Below are positions 14,401 to 26,991 of a DNA stretch of 64,000 nt, in pieces. Within the stretch, counting starts at the first letter, position 1. Each line of letters starts with the position of its first letter. Position numbers and translations under genes: made by a program. Below the pieces are notes generated by a model. It worked only from the letters and a program-made list of their open reading frames with translations, had not been told where the DNA came from and searched no databases. This DNA is from Geosiphon pyriformis uo1 (taxonomy: Eukaryota; Fungi; Glomeromycota), in contig JAAOMT010000200.1 in NCBI GenBank assembly GCA_016748015.1, forward strand, positions 618,984-682,983, written 5' to 3'.

Positions 14401-16930
14401 GCTTAATAGCATGACAATTGGAGATGCCTATCCTTTTCCAAGAATTGATGATATGCTGAATGTCTTAAGAAAAACCAAGTTCTTTTCAATTTTAGACTTG
14501 GAAAGTGAATACTGATAAGTCGAAATAGACCCAAAAAATCGACCCAAAACAGCATTTACCACTTAAGAAGGAAACTATAAGTTCAATGTTATGCCTTTTA
14601 AACTCTGCAATACACCAGCAATATTTTAGTGACTCATGGATATTGTATATGAATGATTTTTATGACAATCAATAGTTGTCTATCTTGATAACACTGATAT
14701 GTACTTACCAAGCTTTGAAGCCCATCTTATCCACTTGTGAAAAGTTTTTCAATGGCTACAAAAAGCAAAATTAAAGTTAAATATTGAGAAATGTCACTTT
14801 GGAAAAACAAGTTTGATCTTTCTTGGACACATAGTTAGTAAAAATGGAGTCAAACCAAATTCAGGAACAATCAGTGCTGTCAAAAACTTTTAAACTCCCA
14901 AAAATACCACAGAACTACAAAAATTTGTAGGATTGGTCTCTTACTATTAAAAATTCATAAAAGAATTTTCAGAAATTGCTAAACCACTTAATTATCTTAC
15001 CAACAAAAACATGCCATATTAATAGACTGAAGAACAACAGAAAGCCTTTGAAACTCTCAAAACAAAATTAACAACAGCCCCAGTTCTTGCTTATTCAAAC
15101 TTCAACAAATGGTTTTAACTAGCCACTGATGCTTCACACATAGCTTTTGGTGCCATCTTATCACAATTAGATGAAAATGGCTAAGAACAAGTTATTGTCT
15201 ATGTCAGTAGAACACTCAAGCCAACAGAATTCAAATATGACTTAACTGAATTAGAAGCTGTTGCAGTTATTTGGGCTTTCAAACACTTTCAACAATACTT
15301 GAAAAATAGAAAAAAATTTGATATCATAATTGACAACATTAGTCTCAAATGGCTTAATAAAAAGAAAACAGAGCAAAGTGCCAAACAATCTTGATGGAAT
15401 AACTTTCTAGCAGACTACAAATATATTGTACATTACAAACCAGAAAAACTACACACCAATATTGATAGCCTCTCAAGAATAAGACAAGATTAACACTAAC
15501 AACAATCCCATTACAACTTACCAACTTACCAACCAAAACAACAAATGGATTTCAGAAATTACAACAACATCAAAAATTACTTGGAAACTCTTACCATGCC
15601 AGAAGATTGGTTTCCAAGTGAAAAACATTGTTTACAATACCAGTCAAAACAATATTTCATACACTACAACAAAATTATTATAAAAATCACAGAAACCCAA
15701 ACCAACTACTCAGATTAATACAAGAACATAAAAAAAAAACAATCTTATACAACATGCACACAAATTTTTTTTCAGTAAACTTGGAAAAAGATGGAACAAT
15801 TCAAAAAACTCTTGAAAATTACTTTTGGTCTCACATGCAAAAAGACATTTGACAATATGTAGAATCCTGTAATAGTTGTCAAAAAAGAGAAAAAACTCAC
15901 CCCACAGAACCTTTAAATCCAATCAAAGTTGAACAACCTTTTGACAGAGTTGGAATTGATTTAGTTGGACCATTACCTATTACAACTTAAGGAAATTGTT
16001 ATATTGCAGTTGTAGTAGATTATCTCACCAAATGACCTAAAGCTAGAGCCATTCAAAGAGCAGATGCAAAATCAGTAGCAAATTTCATCTATGAAGACAT
16101 TATTTGTAAACATAGATGCCCAATTGAACTTTTATTTGATCAAAAAACACATTTTGTAAACAACCTAATACAAAAAATTTGTGAATGGTTCAATATCAAA
16201 AGACCTCTCTCATTACCTTATCATCCCCAAACAAATAGACTTGTAGAACGTTTTAACAGAACATTATGTGAATCATTAGCCAAAGTCTCAACTGATTTTG
16301 AGCAGGAATGGGATATCTTTATTCCATCAGTGTTATTAGCATACAGAACACTAAAACAAGATACTATAAAATACACACTATTTAATTTGACTTATGGAAG
16401 GACAACAACATTACCAATTAATTTTACAGTAAAAACATATCCTGTGCAACCAATTAATGAAGAAAACTTTTAAGAAACACTCCAAAGAAGGGCCTATACA
16501 TTTCTTAGTATACTAAAAAAAAAGACAGATAGCAGCAACTCATATTAAACACTTTTAAGCTCAACAAAAAAAAAGACATAACAACAAATTATCACCCATT
16601 ACCAACAAATTTAAAGTCGAAAATATAGTTTTTTTACACAGAACAAAGGCTGAAAAACAATGAAATGAAAAATTTGAAAACAAATAGAATGGACCATTTT
16701 ATATTCACGAAATTCTAGACAATGGATTATACAAGTTAAGACTTGATAACAAAATACTAGCAAAAGTTGCACATGGAGATCAATTGAAACACTATCACTT
16801 CAGAAACAATCTTGAACCATTAATTCCACAAATTAGTATATATTCTCTTTTAATTAATCCTGAAGATATTCCCCGAAATTTAGAACTAATAATTATAATA
16901 GAACAACAACCAAACTTGAACACTTAATTT
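8465..16930 (+). pseudogene. gag-pol polyprotein of element 2, disrupted
   Basis: Capsid 'KIPEFTG...QEWL...ANGW' (~9180 on), CCHC knuckle (~11317-11358), aspartic protease 'LILDSRS' (~11975), dUTPase 13220-13645 ('DVGYDL', 'IASRS', 'GVIDTEY', 'RGMQGFG'), RT ~14200-14870, RNase H 'ATDAS' (~15120), integrase 'VGIDLVGP', 'PQTNRLVERFN', GPF motif (~16690). No chromodomain seen. Confidence 0.92.
9403..10822. mobile_element. 1420-bp non-coding solo-LTR-like insertion in gag of element 2
   Basis: TGTTAC...GTAACA with TSD ATGC (9399-9402, 10823-10826). The empty site GATGCTTTTTTACAACAA is present in the sister copy at ~62752. Confidence 0.88.
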
Positions 16931-17090
16931 AACATTTTCACAAACCCCTTTAAAATACACAAAACATAAATCAAAAATAGTAAATAATTAGAAGAAGCAT
17001 TCAAACCCAAAAACAAATAAAAACCTTATACCCAAAAATAATTTTCTTTATTCTTTTTCAAATTTTGTTTATTAATTAGTCATTTTTATC

Positions 17091-17798
17091 ATGATTATTT
17101 CTCGAAATATCTAACAAATATCCCAAAAATTAATGTTAGCCTTGAAAACACTTCTTGACTTATCTATAACGATTAATAGAAGTCAAATTAATTACATTCA
17201 GAAAGAAATCACAGCTCCAATAGTAAATAATTCTCAGAACTATCACCCCTATAGAAAAAAAGCAAAAAGTTACTCTGAAAATAAGTTACCAGAACTGTTG
17301 AAGCAAGCACTAAAAGAAAACCTTTTAATTGCCTCTATTGACATTCCACCAAATGCCACAATATAACAAAAACTTTTACTATTCTTTAATGAACAGAACA
17401 ATAAATATACTCTTATATATAGATATTTTCATATTGGAAAAACACTTTATGAATGAAAACTGGAACTTGAAGCAACCAACATTACTTCTGAGACTATACA
17501 AAAACAAATTCACAATGAATTTAAAACAGCAGCTGGACCAACAAACACTTGCTACAAATTTAGAGCAGCTTTTAGACTCTATGATTTGTTCAATACTTGT
17601 GAAAATGTTCTACAAAATCCAATACTACAACCAATAAAAGTTCAATACATTGGCAAACTCACAGAACTGAAATTTCAACAATTTTCAGACCAGATTACTT
17701 CAATTATCTTGGACTACTATCTTAATATCACAGATAGTGCTTGGACTTTGATGGAGCTCAGTCTTGAGGAGGAGATTATGTTACCAGTAGAATTTTAG
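17091..17798 (+). pseudogene. Additional ORF (ORF3, ~235 codons, unknown function) between integrase and the 3' LTR
   Basis: One frame from ATG 17091 to TAG 17798, broken only by three stops that revert by single C-T changes (TAA, TAA, TGA). It reads through the polypurine tract into the LTR. The same C-terminus recurs at 51247-51420. Confidence 0.75.
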
Positions 17799-19632
17799 CT
17801 ATTAATTAGCAAGAAATTACCCTCATAATTTCTATTATTAATTAGCATATATTAGTATTATTTCGAATATTACTTATTATTTAATCAAATTATCAAATAT
17901 CATTACTCAATGTTACTCATAGAAATATAGGAAATATATTAATATGATTATTAGCTAATCAGAAGTAGGCATAGTAAATATGGAATTCCAGGATTCCTCT
18001 CAAAAATTGCAGGATTCCAGGAATTTCAGGATTCCTTAACAAAGAATTGCAGGATTCCAGAATTCCAGGATTCCTCTCAAAGGAATTGCAGGATTCCAGG
18101 AATTCCAGGATTCCTGTTGTAAAGAATTGAGGAATTGGGGAATCTCAAATATGTATATATAGCAGTAGTGGTAGAAACAGAAAAGACAGAATTGATATCA
18201 CAGAATCCTTAGCCTAAAAACAAAATCATCAAATAAATAATTATTTCATATCTCAATCCACTCTCCACTATCAACACTTCATGTTGATAGTAATTGATAT
18301 TTAACCATGCTGGAACAATAGCTCTTGATCACAGCTATTGACAAAGATACTAATGTACCAAATTGCCTTGGCTTGTTTTCTCTATTTTCTTTATTTTTTA
18401 ATTTTCTTTATTTTATTTTCTTTCGTTTTTGATTTTGTTGTTGTATACTAATTGATTAAAAGATTAAGCACTGAGTTATTGATGTCAAGGATAGCCTGGT
18501 AAAAGACTCAGAAATAAGAGTAGGATTTTATATATTATCGGATAGCTTACTAGAAGGGCACAACTGCCAGACTAAATCCGGCCACCATGCTAAGAAAAAA
18601 ATTGGGAAAACTCTTGGAAAAATACATCTACTATCAACACTATTGAATCTCAGTCCATTATACAAAAGACTCCATCAAAACCTTCAGATACAACACTTGC
18701 AGAACCTCATCCACGGAAGTAGCTTTTTGAGCACCAAGTTACGGGTTTGTTATTTAATTCAACAGCAGAAATAATCACTTGTAACATCAATCAATAATTC
18801 GATTTATACCATAAAAATTAAGATAATCAAATTACACAATATTTTGAACCATTTAACATAGTCAAAATTCGTCGAAATTAATGAAAATTGGCCGAAATAA
18901 TCAATAGTTCAGTGAAATAATTTGTAGTTTGCCGAAATGTATCTTTAATTCACCCAAATTATAGCAAAAAGAAAAATGCAAGTTCAAAGACTAGTATTAC
19001 AACAAGTTGTATAAAAGAAGAGCTTCTCTCTTCAAGAAAATGTATTTTTTTCTAGTATCTTCCCATATTTTACCATAGCATCTTCCTTTAGATATCTTAA
19101 TTAAAACAAATCACTTTTTACAAAATCAAATAAAAATTAAATATTTGAAAACCAAATTCTTAAATTATTACATTTGAAATTTTCTTAACACAACTAACGT
19201 TTTGAAATTGATTAGCTATCAATTTCAATAAACTGTTAATAACTTCAGACCTAGATAGAAAACATTTCCATTGACAAAATTTTATTTCTTTTACATCTCT
19301 TTTATTTTTCTTTATTTTCTTATTACAATCATTAAAGTAGTCTACAAACAAGATTCCTGTAAAAGAGTTGACTTTTACAGCAAAATAATTACATATTTTA
19401 GTAAGCTTTCAGACAAGCAATTCCTGGAAAAGAGTTGACATTTACTACAATATAACTACACAAAGTAACTGGCATAAAATTGGCCATTCCACTTATAAGC
19501 CTAGCAGTTCAAATTATAGGAGATAATTTGAAATTCAGTTATTGGAGGTTCAATTACTTCTAAAAAACATGAATTTACAACAAACAGACATTAACAACAT
19601 TCAAAAAAAAAGACCAAATACCTTCAGTAATA
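17779..19632 (+). repeat. 3' LTR of element 2, containing a nested solo LTR
   Basis: Preceded by polypurine tract GAGGAGGAGATTA (17766-17778); matches the 5' LTR once 17911-18790 is removed. Confidence 0.95.
17911..18786 (+). mobile_element. Solo LTR (876 bp) related to the element 1 LTR
   Basis: TGTTAC...GTAACA with TSD TCAA (17907-17910, 18787-18790). Tandem GGAATTCCAGGATTCC-type repeats at 17982-18145, TATA ~18154. Confidence 0.9.
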
Positions 19633-22600
19633 CCATCTGGTAAAATCAGCCCATTTTTTTTCCATAAAGACACAATACTTAGTCTGAACTAACCAAATTT
19701 CATCCTTAAAAATAAGGCAAAAGGTTCGCACAAATTCAATGACTTTTAGACATACCACTTTGAAGTCACCAAAAATTGATACTGCCTTCTAGAGCCAATT
19801 TGCAAAGACAAAACCCTTACAAATGGCCATATACACATTAACAATAGAAGCACAAGATAATATTAGCTAAGACACACAAGAAAATAAATGAGAAAGACCA
19901 GAAAGTGCTCTCCAAGAAACCACATAAGCATTCAACAACTGGCTATGAGCAGACTTGTCAGCCATACAAGAAAAAACATGATCCAATACTTCAACATCCT
20001 CACAATATAAATATGTCACACCAGGATAGCATTTGTTGTAAAAACACTTTCATACAGCAATAGAGAGTCGATAGTACAGAGCTTTCATAAAATAAGTATG
20101 GACACCAGTAGAGGGTCTACTAGTAGAATCAGCAGCCATGTGTAAGTCCAGATACCACACCAAAGATAAACTAAATCAATCAACATCTGAAAGCAAACTA
20201 TTTACCAGAAACCTAGAACCAGAACCAGCCTTCCAACAAGCATGATGCATGGACCAAAAAATATCATGAAAAAAGTGTCTTAAGCTACCAAAAACAACCT
20301 TATTTCCAGCCAGTATATAATATTCTTTTAATTGGAGTGGGAGGTGCCATTTAGAAAGAGAAGTAGTATCAGCAAGTATGTCTGCACATTTGTTTCCCAA
20401 CACATCTAAATGACCCTTAACCTTATGCCAACTAACTCTTAAACTCTTATTACAAATAATGCCCACAATGTGCTGGCATTCTACTCAATACTGGTTATGA
20501 AAATCTGGATATATCAAATTCAACTCTGACTTGCATGCATCCAGAACAGCTTGAATGTTTATAAACAACCAAACTAAACTGAGAGAAGAAACACACTCAA
20601 AAACCAGTACTATAGCTTGTAACTCAGCCAAAGTAGAGAACATCAAACCAGAAACACTAACATCCAGATCCAAGTCAATGTTTTCAAAAAAGACAACCAT
20701 GCCAGCTTTTTTGTTAACTATATCCATGTTCTTTAAAGAACTATCTGTATAGACTGACAAAGTATCAAAACTGATACAAGATAGTTGACTAAAAATAGAC
20801 TTAAACTCACAAGACACAAGGACATTTGAAGATTCAAAACCACCCAAAACTAAAAGACTATCAGAGGAAAAATTTGCATCATTGAGAAAAATAACAGATA
20901 ACTTGAACCAGTCAGGAACAAGACCATGAGGATCAAGTCTTTTCTATCATTTAAAAGTATTTCAACTGAAGACTACACTATGACGATCACAAAGCTGGTT
21001 CATAAAAGCAATATTGTATCACTGGAAAAAAAGAAAAATTTTAAAAAACTTAGACTTACCAAAGACAGTTGACATAGGCATGTCATCCTGAAGATGAAAA
21101 AAGCTATTCAAAGACTCACTCAAGGACAAATTGCACTTAAAAAACACACATACTACATTTGTCAAAAATTTATTAGAAGAACTGACCCCCATGCAAACTG
21201 GAAAACACAAAAGATGGAGTGGATACCAACTTAAAACTTGCAAGTCATGAGACCTGTAAGAGAATAAACACCATAAAATCCCACCAGAATTTGCAAAGAT
21301 CACAAAAGAAGCCAAATTTTTTTCAGATTGAATCTGCTCAAAAGTTTTTAGATTGTAAAAAGAAAAGTGGTAAATCACATCACCAGGAAAATCACAAGGC
21401 AGACAAGTCTTTGATTTCAAATTTCTGTAAATCAAAGCATCTCATTTATTGCACATATTAATAGGAATAAAGCTGAATTATGTTCTGTAACTAATGATAG
21501 GATAAAGCATGGCTAATACCAAATACAAAAACTGCTTGTTTGAGATAGCCTTTTTCAAAATGAGATTGGCAAAAAACCAAACATCAAAATGTGTCTTAGC
21601 CAAGCTAGGCTTCAAAAATTCATCAGTAGACAAATAAATACCAAGATAGTGATGAGATTTGCCCCTTTTGGCAATAGAAATAGATAACTTACTAATCAAC
21701 AGAGAAGAACATTCAACACTGCAGTTGATAAAAATAGCTATTGTTTTGTCATTATTTATTAAGATGTTATTAATACAGAAAAAATTACTGGCAATATTCA
21801 GAATATATTGAGTAGCCCTTAAATTGCAGCCAATCCAAATAGTGTCATCTACAAATGCACCAGCAGTGAGAAAAAAAGTCAGCCCAGCTTAAGTTTCAGT
21901 ATGACTTGTCTTGGAGATGAAGTGAGAAATTAACCTATATCCATATAAGCTCTCTTGTCTCTTGACTTCACACAACAAAAAATCATAGAATATATGCCAA
22001 AAAAGAGGTGAGAACACCTCCTCTTGATCCAAACCATCATGTATTGAATATTTATTTGTCAAACCAAAGTCAGTCATAACCCTGTTAATGTGACTACTAT
22101 GAATACTGCCAAAAAATCGAATAAATTTGTTGTATATTTTTATCTTAACCAGACTTTTTTTAAGATGCTTTCATCTAACAGAATCATATGCCTTCTACAT
22201 ATCTAGCAAAACTAACCATAACTCATGGTTCTTCTTTAATGCATCTTTAATCACTGACTCAACTGCAAAGATAGGAAACTGTGTAGTTGTATTCTTTAAA
22301 ATCAAAAAATTGTCTCCACAGAGAACATTATGCATGCTGCATGCCAATAAAATTCTATCAGAGAGAACCTTAGAAAAAATTTTACATGCAGTTTTAATTA
22401 AAACAATAGAATGGGTATTCATTAAAAGACCCTTTCATTCATATGATTTGGGAATCATTAAAATCCAAGCCTCTCTTCAAGAACTAGACACCAATTTACT
22501 AACTAAACAAAAATTCAAAAGCTTTAGAAATATATCCAAAATCATCTTGTCACAATGTTTCCAAAGTTCATTAAAAATACCAGTAAGTCTAGCAGCTTTG

Positions 22601-25600
22601 CCATCAGAAAGATTAGATACCACACAGAACAACTCTTTAAAACCAATTGGACACATCAACTCTGAAAAAGCCTTATTAAAAACATATTCTAAAGATTGAT
22701 ATTGACAGCACCAATCTCTGGATACATCAGCAACAACTGCATGTTTTCTGGTCCAACCCTTCATAATCATATCCACTTTGGCTTTAACTCAATCAGATTT
22801 TAGAACCAGTTCATTATCAACTACCAGATGATCCAAAACCACTTTATGGAAAGAATGCTCCAAAACACTCCTGATAGTGTGGCTTTTGTTTACCTCAAAA
22901 CTCTCTATTCTCCTATTAATGACATGTCTAATGCTTGCTTCTTTAGTCCTCTTAGATTTTGCAAGTTTGCTGATATAATATGACTTTTTTATTTTAAAAA
23001 GAGCAGAATATACACAATCGGAGTTGACACCAAAGTCTAGAAGAGTCCTGATATTTGAGGTGTTATTATCATTCAAAAAAGACCAAAGATTCAACAGAAA
23101 TATAAATTCACTTTCAAGAGTTACATGGGAACACCTAACAATTTTTGATACTAAAAGCTCTAATCTGTGAAATTTAGAAAATTTCTTGGTAAACTTTCTA
23201 GTGTAATCCTTGTACCATTTTTTTTTAAACATTTCATTAGCTGATAAAATCATAATTTTATAAACAATGTCTCACATTGTATCCAAATCTGAGAACTTCT
23301 TACATGCATCAAATTCACTTGAGAACATAGCAGCATTAGCCACTATAGCACCCATAAACTCACACCATTTCAACTCATCAGCATTTTTGAAGTCAAATTT
23401 CCAACAATCTCTATTTGCTTGTTTGTGTATTGAGTTCAGCCACACATTCAGTAATCTACTCAAATTCACAGAGACAGAAACAGCTTTGTGATTAGTATCA
23501 AAATGTTTACTGACATCCATGACATTATGACTCACTATTATATTAATCAAATTTGAAGAAATAAACATGTAATTAATTGTTTTTTCTATGTCTCTTGAAT
23601 TTTTTCATGTAGAATCTTTCATGATTAGACTTTTTAACAAAGAATTGACCAATTCCAAACCAAAGCACTTTCTAAAACTCACATACCTGTAAGAATCATC
23701 TTCATTGAAATCACCATCTAAGATGACAAAAAAAGACTTATTCATAGCCTTTACAATCAGAAAATTAATATTACCAGCTTAAAAAAACCAAACCACAGAA
23801 GAAGCACCAGTATAGAGTCCTAAAATTGAGACAAAAAGTTTATTTTTAAAGAATAACTTGACAAAAAGGAGCTGACCAGGCACTTCAGAAATTCTATACA
23901 TGTGATGAACCAGAGAAATGTTCATGATGATGGCAACACCAGAACCCAAGTAATCAGAGTCTACACCAGAAATAAAGACATAAACACCATCAAACTTATT
24001 AGCAATCCATGAATGGACTTTATCCTTTAACTTAGTTTTAGTAATAATCAAAATCAAATTGCCTATATTTTTGTGTCAACAAACTATATCTTCCTGCTTT
24101 ACAGGATTGTTTATACTCCAAGCATTATATGTAGTAATTTTCCAAACCAAACTGATCATTGAGATAAAAAGGGAACTAATGAACCCAAACCAGAACACAG
24201 ATGATCTAACCTCTCCAAAACTGAATTAATTGATATCTCCAAAGCCACCATTTTCGACTCCAAACCACCCACCTTGGTGGTCAAAATCTTAAAACTACTA
24301 GAGCTAAAGTTAGCAAGTATATCAAAACCAGCAAAAAAAGAGGAAATGAATGACACCAACACATTATCCAAAATCATATTCAAATCCAAAACAGAAGCTA
24401 GAGAAGCAAGGGCAACTGAAGAGAGAACAGAAAAGAAAGTAGTCAAAGGCACCAACTCCACAAAGCTCAACTTTTTCAATAAAACAGAAACCTGATCCGA
24501 CAAAAGCTTCAAAGAGTATTCTAAGACTGTCAAACAATTACTTAAGCCAGAGGTATTAGCTGAAGTGGGAGAAAGAGTACTACCCAAACTTGAGACATCA
24601 AGTGAAGGAGAACTAGAACCAAACCTAAAGCAAATATTACCAGAAGAATTAGCTAACAAGACCACTTGGGCCCAAGATTTGTCACCAAAAACAGCAGAAC
24701 AAGAAATTAAAACATCTTTTTTCTCATACAACTTAGTAAGCTGAAAGCAAACTTTCTCTGAAGCAATCTTTTTCTTAGATGACAGCAACACAAGTATGTC
24801 TAAAGTATCACATTCAAGAGCTAAATGTCCAAAATGCTCACACTTTTTACAATGAACTAAATTTATTCTAGTTCAAGATAGTTTTATTCTACCATAGATA
24901 GACTCTATGCAAAAGACAGATTCCAGATTATCATCAGAGTTAAAACCAATCACAGCACAGCAAATCTTATTGCCAGTTTCTATAGATCTGTTTATAATAC
25001 AGGTTTTTCCACCAGTCTTTTCTAGAAGAGTTTCAAGATTATGTACCATTGTTCTTATTAGCAAAGTAAACAAAAGCACTCTGAACTAATCTCTAGATGC
25101 CCAAATCTCATGATCTTTCACAGCTTTGGCTATGCACACAAAATCTTTATCAATCAGAAATGACCACTTAAAAGCCAACAAATTAGCTTGATCCAATTTA
25201 GCAAACTCCACTACAGTTTTTTGCCACATTCTAATTAATTGAATTTTGATCGACTTAATTTTCCCAAATTTGGGTTCTATGGCGATGATCATATCTTTAG
25301 GTGTATTCATGGGAATTTTTTTGATTACTACAGCCTGATCTGACCTTATTTTTTGTCTCTTAAGATTGCTGTTTATGTTGATCTCTTTTTCTCTGGCCAA
25401 TGAAATGGCTATTTCCATGATTTTTTCTGAAATAAAGGTAGATCTGATAATTCTCTCAAATTTTAAAGGGGTAGTGACCCTCCCAAAATCATTGACTAAT
25501 GAAAAATTTTTTCTAACCAACTGAGTTTTTGCTATTGCCAATTTCTTTTTCATAGCTGAAAAATTAATATCTAAAACAAACAACTTTTTAATTAACATTT

Positions 25601-25696
25601 CTACTGGAGTTTTAATGATTTTAAGGTCAATCCACTTTTTGTCAAAAGAGATAAGCAAGCAAAGAAAGAAAACCACTTTATTATTATCCATACTAA

Positions 25697-26357
25697 TGTT
25701 ATGGTTAAAATCTATACTTCTTATTAATTATTACATGTATTAGCCACTGATGTCATATAATTAGCCACTCTATTTTTAGATAGTGATCATTAATTTGATT
25801 ATTGACCTAATTGTTAATCTGATCATTGATCACTTTTAATAGTTATATAAGCAATAAATTTCTTAGCTATAGAAAAACATGTTCAAATAATCAAAAATAA
25901 ATAAAATAACAACTTTCATCTCAATCATTTTCTTATTACTAATTTCTTTTTCCTTACCTTCAAGTATCTGAACATCTTGGAATAAAAAATTACTTGTTGG
26001 TATTTTTTTATCTTTTTCTTGAAACGTATAAGTATAACATTTGAAGATTATTGAATAAAATATAACTGAAGAACACATCTAATACTTAATATTGAATTCT
26101 AAGAGCACTAATGTGAAGCATAGAATTATACCAAGTGTGATTATTTGTTGACAGTACAGACTATTCCTTTACCTTCAAATTCTCTAGTTATCTTTTGAAA
26201 AAAATAGTAACTGAGATATATTATGAGACTGATCTTGCACATTAAATCTATACTCATTTAATTCACTCTTTGAAGTTAAATTCTTTTGATTATTTCTATT
26301 ACCCTACAATTTTGTTCTCTCTTGCTATTCATTAGTTTGTTATTCTAACTCATAACA
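25697..26357. mobile_element. Solo-LTR-like insertion (661 bp) in LINE A ORF1
   Basis: TGTTAT...ATAACA with TSD CTAA (25693-25696, 26358-26361). Removal restores SPNFS-MDNNK on the minus strand. Confidence 0.85.
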
Positions 26358-26991
26358 CTAAAATTGGGAGAACTAAGTGGAGAGCCAAAAACAGCACCAG
26401 TATTAATTTGCTTTATCTTAAGTATAGTAGCAGCTGAGTCCAGAAGAGACCTACTATTTGCATTAGACATGCTAACACTATTATTATCACCAGATAAACT
26501 TTTCACATCAGAATATACATTATTAATAGGCCCAGATTTATTTAAGAATATATCTCTTTCATTATCAGAGTGTTTAACATTTTTAAGGATGACTTTCTTT
26601 TTTTGAAAAAAGAAACCACCAGCAGGGCCATGAAAAGCAACCTTAGATGCCTTCTTTTTAAACATGATGTTACTTATAGGAGTCTTCAAATCCACGAAAA
26701 ATGGGTTATTATTAAGCAAAAAAATGTTGATGTAAATTAACAAGAAAAAATAAAAAACTTTTTTTCAGAAAATACATTCTTTGAAATTTTTTGAAAATGA
26801 GAGAGAAAAAAGTTTTTTTCTATTATAATTAATTATAAAAAATATCAAGCTTTTAAAAACTATTTTATAAAATTAAATATATATATATATAAGTTTAATT
26901 TAAAAAAAAAGTATTTTTTATTTTATTAATATTAAAACTAAAAAATATATATTAATATAATTTTTATTTTTATTTTTATTTTTTATTAATA

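Larger units (their letters stand above)
7441..19632 (+). mobile_element. Full-length but inactivated Ty3/Gypsy LTR retrotransposon (element 2) with dUTPase and an extra 3' ORF
   Basis: Paired ~975-bp LTRs, PBS, polypurine tract and TSD CCAC (7437-7440)/CCAT (19633-19636). Order gag-PR-Cys-rich-dUTPase-RT-RH-IN. The flanks join into a continuous LINE ORF2. Confidence 0.95.
7150..26815 (-). mobile_element. LINE copy A (L1-like with RNase H), split by Gypsy element 2 (7441-19632) and a solo LTR (25697-26357)
   Basis: 3' UTR and tail at 7150-7275; ORF2 C-terminus at 7274-7440 resumes at 19633. zf-RVT-like Cys motif ~19980-20110, RNase H 20176-20847 (VYTDSSL, AELQAI, WHKVKGH), RT ~21500-22700, AP endonuclease ~23300-24159, ORF1 24156-~26670 with a CCHC knuckle near 24810-24855. 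Confidence 0.9.

Noticed and set aside
17982-18145. GGAATTCC repeats as heat-shock elements
   Set aside because: Only isolated nTTCnnGAAn pairs occur, not three correctly spaced alternating units; kept as ordinary LTR tandem repeats.
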